From the human T2T-CHM13v2.0 reference genome, Homo sapiens, in NCBI RefSeq assembly GCF_009914755.1, contig NC_060928.1: 64,000 bases of DNA. The stretch is one strand, 5' to 3'. Position numbers and translations under genes: made by a program. Below the pieces are notes generated by a model. The model made no database searches, had not been told where the DNA came from, and worked only from the letters and a program-made list of their open reading frames with translations. Numbering within the stretch: position 1 is the first letter of the stretch; every line of letters starts with the position of its first letter. Shown in pieces: positions 55,563-64,000 of this stretch.

Positions 55563-57014
55563 GCAACTGACAATAAACTTTGTGTGGGAAAAAAAGGGTC
55601 CCGAGTTAGGAAGAGATAAAACTGCTGGGGGTGGGTGGGGGGAAGGAAGTCCAAGGGATGTTAAGGCTCCTGCAGAGGGAGGAAACACCCTGTCAAAAGC
55701 TGACACCCCAGGGAAGCGCAGCAGCAAGGGCTCGGTGCCAGCTCTGGTGGGGTGACAGCCCCAAAAGAGAAGGAGGGTTTATGTAGTAAAGGAGTGCACT
55801 TGGACAGGCAGAGCCCCAGGTCTGCATGGTCAGGATATGCCTCCAACGGGAGCTGTGCAGTGTCAGTGTGTGTGTGCACTTGCGTGTGTGCCTTCATTTG
55901 TCTTTAAATCCCAGTCAATCAATCTTATATTTAAATTCCTTTCTCCACAATGCCTGACATTTTTAGCATTCAGCCTTAAATAGCCCAAATCCCAAAGTTT
56001 CACCATTTTCTAGTACTTTACAACTTATAGATGACTGCACACACACTCATTTCATTATTTACAGCTCAGTAGATCTCACTGGACCCATGTGGCAGGTGAG
56101 GAAAAAGCCTGTGAGCCTTCGAGTGACTTGCCTGGAAGTGGAGGAAATCAAACCAGGCCTTTGACTACCTGCCCAGGGCTATTTCTGCTGCCCCAGAGCA
56201 AACCTTTGTACACAGACTGAGAACTTTGGAAATGTACCGAAGCGGGAGCTGGTGCTGTCCTGACATTGACTCACTTCCCTACTACTGTATGTGTCTGGGA
56301 GGATGCACTGGTTTTAATGGAGATCTATTGCAGCCATTCCGTTCCCTCTGCACATTCACTTAGATGGTGGGTCCAGAGTCACAGATTCAAGAGAAGTGGC
56401 ATCAATAAATCTGCATTACTTAAACCAACAAGTGGTTCAGAAAATATACTCCCAAACAACTGGGGATCCAGATCTCTAGGCATAATAAATTTCACTCATC
56501 TCCCAATTTCGGACTGCACTCCTGTGTAAAGGCAGGCAATGGCTGAGAGACAGCTCTGCAGACAGATGCTAGAACAAAAATTATCAAAAGATTTTAACTC
56601 CCTGGAGCCACTGGTGCTTTGCTGTCCTCCACTGAGGGAGGCGCACCTCCTAGCCTCACCCGGACTATAAATCTGAAGCAGCGTGTCTGGGGAGCATGGC
56701 TGAGGAGCAGTTCGTTAGGGATTGTTCATCTTGTATCTTTATTGCTGGCTCCAGCTTAGATCTTCCTCTGAGGTGGTCTGGGCATCCATTCCTTTCCCCA
56801 CTGAATCACTCTGCTGAGATGTCCACAGTGAACTTTTGTCTCCCTGAACAACCTGCTTTCATTTCGGTTTCCTCTTCTAGCCAATGGCACCATTATCTAC
56901 CGAAGTTAGACATTTCTGTGTTAGTGTTAACCTGTCACTTCTCATCCTGTCTTCTAATCCATTGCCAAGTTCTGTGGATCCTACCTTAAGCCCATCCTTT
57001 CCTCTCTATTCCCT

Positions 57015-57460
57015 GGCAGCACTTCTGGCGCCTGGTGTATCTCTGGTTTGGCCCTTGTAGGGGCTGCTCTGCTGCACTCCCACCCACCTTGGGACTGAGG
57101 TTACACCATCAAGGAGGTGGGGCAACTCACACCTAATGGTGAAGGATGGATGCTAAGGGCCCACCTCTACCCCCTGGCTCTGACTCCCTTCAGTCTTCTG
57201 TGCCAACAGCACTGTAGTTTGACTATGCCTCTGCCCAATGCTGCTTCCTTCTCTTCCTGAAGGTGTTGGTTGAGAGCACCCCAGAGACACTCCCTGCATG
57301 CAAGTCTCAGAGTCTGCTTCCCTGGGAAACTAACCTGTGATACTTGGTGCCTGGATAGCCCTAGGAAGCAAACTCTAAAACGTAGTTAGAGTTGGAAACC
57401 CTCCTGCCGGTTTCCATAGAGGACCCTGTCATTGGTGGGAAATGAGCACTGAAAGCTTTG
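57015..57460 (+). mobile_element. LTR16-like ERVL LTR plus the start of the internal region
   Basis: ctgcccaatgctgcttcc...cctgcatgcaagtctcagagtctgcttccctgggaaactaacctgtgata, then ttggtgcctgg...ggaagcaaactct. Confidence 0.6.
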
Positions 57461-57489
57461 AGTGGGGCTCCGAGAAGAAAAGGGACCAG

Positions 57490-57632
57490 GCTGCACTGGC
57501 AGGCTTGTTAAAACACAGATTTCTAGGCCCCAATGTCAGAATTTTTGATTTAGTATGTCTTGGTGAGCCCAAGAATTTGCATTTCTAACAAGTTTCTAGG
57601 TTATGCTAGAGACCATACTTCGAAAACCACTG
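57490..57632. mobile_element. MER5A
   Basis: gcttgttaaaacacagatttctaggcccc...gaatttgcatttctaacaag...catacttcgaaaaccactg. Confidence 0.8.
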
Positions 57633-59204
57633 AGCTAATGTTCAGTGAGAACCATCACAGCTGGAGGACTGAATCATAAGCTTATTTAATACATTTTTTT
57701 CTCTAGAAGCAAGCATCATTGAAACCAAGTTATGAGGAGACTGCAGGATGAGCATAGAATAAAGCAAGCGAAGTTAGATATATCATTTAAATGTTTAATG
57801 AGATCAGAATGAACAGTTGAATCAGAATGATTTGGGAAGAGACTCTTGGACAGGAACCAGATGTAGGGTTAACACTGGGGGAAATAAGTTCATTATGTCA
57901 GAAGTGGGAGACTCCTGTTCCTTCAATAAACATTTATTAAGCATCAACCCGACCAAATGTTGTGGATATATAAAAATGGAATGGATATGGAGCTGTCTTC
58001 ATGGAACTTAGTCTAACATGGCAAATTAAACAAGTCTGCAAATATTTATAATATAAAATACATACAGGTATGTGGCATGAGATCAACACAGATACAATTT
58101 TGTGGCGAGGTGATGTGGAAGGAGGATTAATTATATCCAATCATGGAGAGCAGAGGTAGTTTCTTATAAAAGATGGCTTTTCAGGTTGGCTATAAGAATA
58201 AGTGGGGCACACGATGGCTGAAATATGAGCCAAAGCATAGACATGAGAAGGTGCTTAGCTAACAAGTTTGAATTTTATTTTGTAGGCAAAAAGTCTTGAG
58301 CTGGAGGTAACATGAAGGAAACAGGCTGTGAGAGATTTGTGTTCAGAAGTGTGTAAATTAGATTAGAAGGAAAAGAGCCTGCACACAGTGAGAACAGTTA
58401 GAAGCTCATTGCAGTGGTTCAGAAAAGCACCAAGGGATTAAAAGCCTGGATTAAGGAATATTCCAGAAAATGTAGAAATGCTGATAAAATTTTATCTTGA
58501 GCTCACCAAAGCAACCCTGCCAGGTGACTCAGTTACATGCTAAAATTGTAGAACCATTGAATTACTTTATATTCTTAGGACTTTTTTTTGAAAAGGTAAG
58601 GGTAAGTGAGTGACACTGAGACTGGTCAAAACTAAAGGGCAGCCCCTAGTTTGTGGTGACACATGAATGTTAAGGGTCCACTCGTGAGGTTTCCTGGCAG
58701 GCACCCAGAGGCTCTCTTCAAGTTAGAGCTCAAACTTGCTTTGCATATTTCTGTTCAAACTTCTATGTCTATCATTGAACCAAAGTGTAATGTTGTCCAA
58801 ACTATGTTACTGCTGATATGGTAAACCTGTTTTTTAACACCTCCTGCTTTGCGTCTTTAGTTGGATAAGGAAGAGGGAAGAAGGTAAAATGAAAAGAATT
58901 TAAAAAGACAATGTCAATGCTTAATTAAACAAATAAAAAACTTTTAGTATTTGAATTCATAAACAAATAAAATGCATATTTACTCGTGGCCTTTCTAACA
59001 CTTTTTACTCATGACAAAGATGTGAATAAGAACCAGTATATGAGTAAACTAACTGGATAAAAGCAGAGAGAAACACATGTTTCACCATTCAAGGAAGGAA
59101 AATATGTAGAGCACTTAGCAACTGAAAATATATTACAAAACATTAGGTTTATTATCATATTCATTTTATAATGGAATAAAGAGCAAAGACAAATATTAAC
59201 TTAC

Positions 59205-59323
59205 CAGAGATTCAATTCTTCCACTCAAAGTCCTGTATTCCTGTGTAGCTGGTGAATTTAACTGACTATTATATTCAACATTTAGGAGTTGAAAACTGCT
59301 CCTATAAAAGTAAGATTTTTGAT
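59205..59323 (-). CDS. TMPRSS11D: TMPRSS11D exon 3 (start of SEA domain), 119 bp, phase 1 to 0
   Basis: cag|AT CAA AAA TCT...TCT CTG|gtaag; translates (D)QKSYFYRSSFQLLNVEYNSQLNSPATQEYRTLSGRIESL, matching HAT. Confidence 0.97.
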
Positions 59324-60111
59324 CTGAAAAAGAAATAAAAGGGAAGGTCAGTCTTACTTTACTAAGTTGTTGAACCTTTAATTTATTCAGGATTATGGGA
59401 GGTTATATTATAGAATTTCAAAAATTTGCTTTCCTTGAAAGAAAAAGTTCTATGCTTCAGTGTAATTATGATAAAATTATTATCTTTTCAATTTTTAAAA
59501 AGATTGGCAAAGCCAGAGTGGTGTAGATGTTTAAAAATCAGAGTGGTATTATTATTTGAGAAATTAAAAATTGTCAGAAATAGTATAATTTTTATTCTTG
59601 CTATATTTTAAGGGAGATTTGTGGTGTATTCATTCAGGAAATATTAATGTATGTTTGTAATATACTATTATTTATTTATCATTAAGAAAGAACCCAAAGT
59701 AATTATGGAATTTCAAAAATTATTTCAAATAATATTCTTTATTGAGGAGTTAGTAATTCACCATTAGTTTTTCTGGAGTAAGCTAGAAAGTAAGTCATCT
59801 GACAAGATATCTAATCTAGTAATCCAATGTAAATTATTTTCATCAAAAGGCACCTTGCAAAATAAAAAACTTGACAGACCAATAACAAGTAATAAGATTG
59901 AATCAGTAGTAAAATATCTCCTAATAAATAAATGTCCAGGACCAATGGCTTTATTGCTATTCTACCAAACCTTAAAAGAAGAACTAACATCAATTCTCCT
60001 CAAACTATTCAAAAACATCAAACAGGAGGGAGTTCTCCCCAACTCATTCTATGAAGCCAGTATTATTCTGAGAGAAAACCAGACAAGGACACAATAAAAA
60101 AAAATACTACA

Positions 60112-60408
<297 letters not shown>

Positions 60409-62407
60409 TAGGCCAATATTACTGATGAACACAGAGGCAAAAATACTCAACAAAATACTGTCAAACTGAATCCAACAGCATATCAAAAAGATAATATACC
60501 ACAATCAACTGGGATTTATCCCAGAGATGCAAGAATGATTCAACATATGCAAATCAATAAACTTAATACATCACATGAACAGAATGAAGACAAAAACCAT
60601 ATGATCATCTCAATAGATGTTCAATAGATTCCATATCCCATCATAACAAGAACTCTCAACAAACTAGGCTTAGAAGGGACATACCTCAACAACATAAAGG
60701 CTGACCAACCCACAGCTAACATTTTACCAAATGGGGAAAAGCTGAAAGCCTTTCCTCTAAGAACTGGAACAAGACAAAGATGTCCACTTTCATCACTCCT
60801 ATTCAACATAGTACTGGAAGTCCTAACCAGAGCAATCAGGTTAGAGAAATAAATAAAAATGCATTCAAATTGGAAAAGAAGTTACATATTCAAATTGTCC
60901 CTTTTGCAGATTATATAATTTTATACCCAAAAAAACCTAAAGACTCCACCAAAAAACTCTTAGATCTGATATATAATTTCAATAAAGTTGCAGGATACAA
61001 ACTCAACATACAAAAATCTATAGCATTTCTATACACCAACAATGAAATAGCTGAGAAAAAAATCAAGAAGGTAATTCCATCTTCTACAAGGACAACTGCA
61101 AAACACTGATGAAAGAAATGGAAGAGGGCACAAACAAATGGAAAGACATTCCTTGCTCATGGATTGAAAGAACTGATACCATTTAAATACTATACTCTTC
61201 AAAGCAATCTATAGATTCAATGCAATCCCTATCAAAATACCAACATCACTTTTCACAGAAATAGAAAAAGCCATCCTAAAATTTGTATGAAACAAAGAGC
61301 CCAAATAGTCGAATCACACCTGAGCAGAAAGAGCAAATTTGAAGACATCACACCACCTGACATCAAACTATACTCCAAGGCTATAGTAGCCAAAACAGAA
61401 TGGTATTGGTATAAAAACAGACACATAGACCAATGAAATAGAATAGAGAGCCCAGAAAGAAATTCACCTACAGCCAACTGAATTTCAACAAAAGTGTTAA
61501 GAACAAACAATGGGGAAAGCACACTCTTTTCAATAAATAGTACTAGGAAAATTGGATATCCATTTGCAGAAGAATGAAACTGGACCCTTATCTCTCACTA
61601 TATACACAAATCAACCCAAGATGTATTAAAGACTTAAATGTAAGACTTAAAACTATGGGAACTATTAAAAGAAAACATAGGGGAAACACTTCATGTCTTT
61701 AGTCTAGGGAAATAATTTATCACTATGACCTGAAAAGTACAGACAACAAAACCAAAAATAGACAAATGGGAATTAATTAAACTAAAAAGCTTCTGCACAG
61801 CAAAGGAAACAAGCAACAGAATGGAAAGACAACCTATTGAATGGGAAAAAACATTTGCCAACTGTTCATCTGACAAGAGACTAATATCCAGAATATACAA
61901 GGACTCAAACAACTCAACACTAAAAAAAAATAAAAATTCCATTAAGGAGTGGGCAAAGAACATGAGCGAACAGTTCTCAAAATAAGACATACAAATCATC
62001 AACAGGTACATGAAAAAATGCTCAACATTGCTAATCATCAGAGAAACACAAATCAAACCCACAATGAGATATCATCTCACCTCAGTTAAGATTTCTATTA
62101 CCAAAAAGACAGAAAATAACAGATGCTGGTGAGAGTGCAGAGAGAAGAGAATTCTTATACACTGTTGGTGGAAATGTAAACTAGTGCAGCCATTATGGAA
62201 AACGGTATTGAGATTTCTCATAAAACTAAAATAGAACTACTATATGATCCAGCAATCCCACTACTGGATATTTATCCAAAGGAAAAGAAATCACCATGTC
62301 AAAGAGATATTTGTACTTGGGTGTTTATCGCAGCACTGTTCACAATAGCCAAGATGTGGAATCAACCTATGTGTCCATCAACAAATGAACGGATAAAGAA
62401 AATATGG

Positions 62408-62425
62408 TATATATATATATATATA

Positions 62426-62456
<31 letters not shown>

Positions 62457-62462
62457 TACACA
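62408..62462. repeat. (TA)n(CA)n compound microsatellite inside L1
   Basis: Read directly. Confidence 0.9.
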
Positions 62463-62575
62463 ATGGAATACTATTTGGCCATAAAAAGAATGAAATCTTG
62501 TCATCTGCAGCAACATGGATGGAATTGGAGGTCATTGTGTTAAATGAAATAAGCCAAGCACAGAAAGACAAAATT

Positions 62576-62724
62576 AGCCAGGCATGGTGGCTCATGCCTG
62601 TAATCCCTGTAATCCCAGTACTTGGGGAGGCAGAGCTGGGAAGATCACTTGAAGCCAGGAATTTGAGACCGGCCTGGGCAACAAAGTGAGACCCCATCTC
62701 TACTACTAAAAAAAGAGTAAAGAA
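62576..62724 (+). mobile_element. FLAM-C/Alu left monomer nested in L1
   Basis: agccaggcatggtggctcatgcctgtaatccctgtaatcccag...; flanked by gaaagacaa repeats. Confidence 0.85.
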
Positions 62725-64000
62725 GAAAGACAAGTATGTTCTAACTCATATGTGGGAGCTTAAAAAGTTGATCTCATCAATGTAGAGAGTAGAATGACAG
62801 ATACTAGAGACTGGGAAGGATGGAGGGGTGTGAGGGGGATTGAAGAGAGGTTGGCTAACAGATATAAACATATAGTTAGATAAATGGTATAAGTTTTATT
62901 GTTTAATAGCAGAGCAGAGTGAAGTTAACAACAATCTATTATGTATTTCAAAGTAGCTAGAAAAGAGGACTTGAGTTGTTCTAATACATAGAAATGATAA
63001 ATACTCAAAGGGCTGTATACCTCAAATACCCTGGCTTGATCATTACACATTGTATACATGTAACAAAATATCACATGTATTCCAGAAATATGTAAGATAT
63101 TATGTTTCATTAAAACAACAAAAACAACAACGACAACAGGGGTCTTCCAGAGGACCTATTCAGCTGTGTGAAGGAGATAAAAGTCTCTGAAACATATCTG
63201 TACACAACTCAGAAATACTATGAAGATGTACATAACCTAATGGAATCTGTCTAGAATAAAAATGTCTACTTTCTTTTGATCGTTCATATGCATTACTTAC
63301 GCAGACAAATACCTTGGTAAGGGGCAAGAGTTGGAGATCCTGGGGGAAGGGTGGTTGTTTGTAGTGGAAGATCAAGTCATTTGGGGGCCATAAGTGATCA
63401 CTGGAACACAGTTTGCAGATGACTTACCAAGGGGCCTACTCTTTAAGCATGACAATGCCGTGTCATTAAGAGTGAAAATTCATTAATTTAACCTGAAACT
63501 CCATGTCTCTTTTTTCTACCTCTGTAGTTCACCTTAGGGGTAGGTGACTCCAGGTGATTTGATAGCAAAATGCAGTCAAAAGCAAAAATTTAGCCATAAC
63601 CTTTACATTTGATTGGCTGAAATGATTGTGTATCATTATTGGTATTTCTAATGTTGGTAATTTTATTGCACCATTGGAAGTATTTCAATCTTTGCATAGT
63701 TAAGCATTTTTGCCTGTTTACAATTGGACATACTATAAGTTATATTCTTTCTCTTTTTCTCTTAACACTCACACATACCCATGTACACACCTGCACACCC
63801 GTACACATGATTTAAGTGATTTAATAGAATTATATTTGAAATAAAAATAACCTCAAAGTGTATTTTAAGTGAAAAAAATTCTAATATATGATATTATTTA
63901 GTAAAATTTGACACATTTTACATATCTATGTTAAAGCATCTGAAAGAGCCTTCACAGAGATTTTTAAGGAAAGTTGTTTATGAATGAGCATGATATGTGT

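Noticed and set aside
62195-62733. Longest track ORFs (164 aa and 123 aa)
   Set aside because: Chimeras of L1 ORF2 C-terminus, (TA)n microsatellite and FLAM; not genes.
63130-64000. Search for TMPRSS11D exon 2 (transmembrane segment)
   Set aside because: No matching hydrophobic exon found; it must lie beyond the right edge of the window.

Overview
AT-rich, repeat-dense primate (human-like) genomic DNA. The minus strand carries coding exons 3-10 and the 3' UTR of TMPRSS11D (HAT, human airway trypsin-like protease, a type II transmembrane serine protease). All eight exons have AG/GT boundaries and phases that join into one ORF: SEA domain, linker, R|ILGG activation site and a complete trypsin-like domain. 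Exons 1-2 lie beyond the right edge. Bases 1 to ~26,000 are intergenic and dominated by L1, Alu, L2 and LTR relics, including a near full-length dead L1. Intron 7 holds a near full-length Hsmar2 mariner fossil. Almost all ORFs in the track are repeat-derived or chance. I see no new multi-gene system. The best leads are: (i) a frameshifted signal-peptide-like leader directly upstream of exon 6, resembling a relic of the rodent short secreted isoform; (ii) a local ~175 bp duplication with templated/snap-back junctions; (iii) a speculative degenerate first exon of a TMPRSS11C-type pseudogene; (iv) tandem and bidirectional poly(A) signals; (v) a candidate intronic enhancer/antisense promoter. Exon numbering and repeat subfamily names are from recognition by eye, not from database searches; repeat boundaries without TSDs are approximate.
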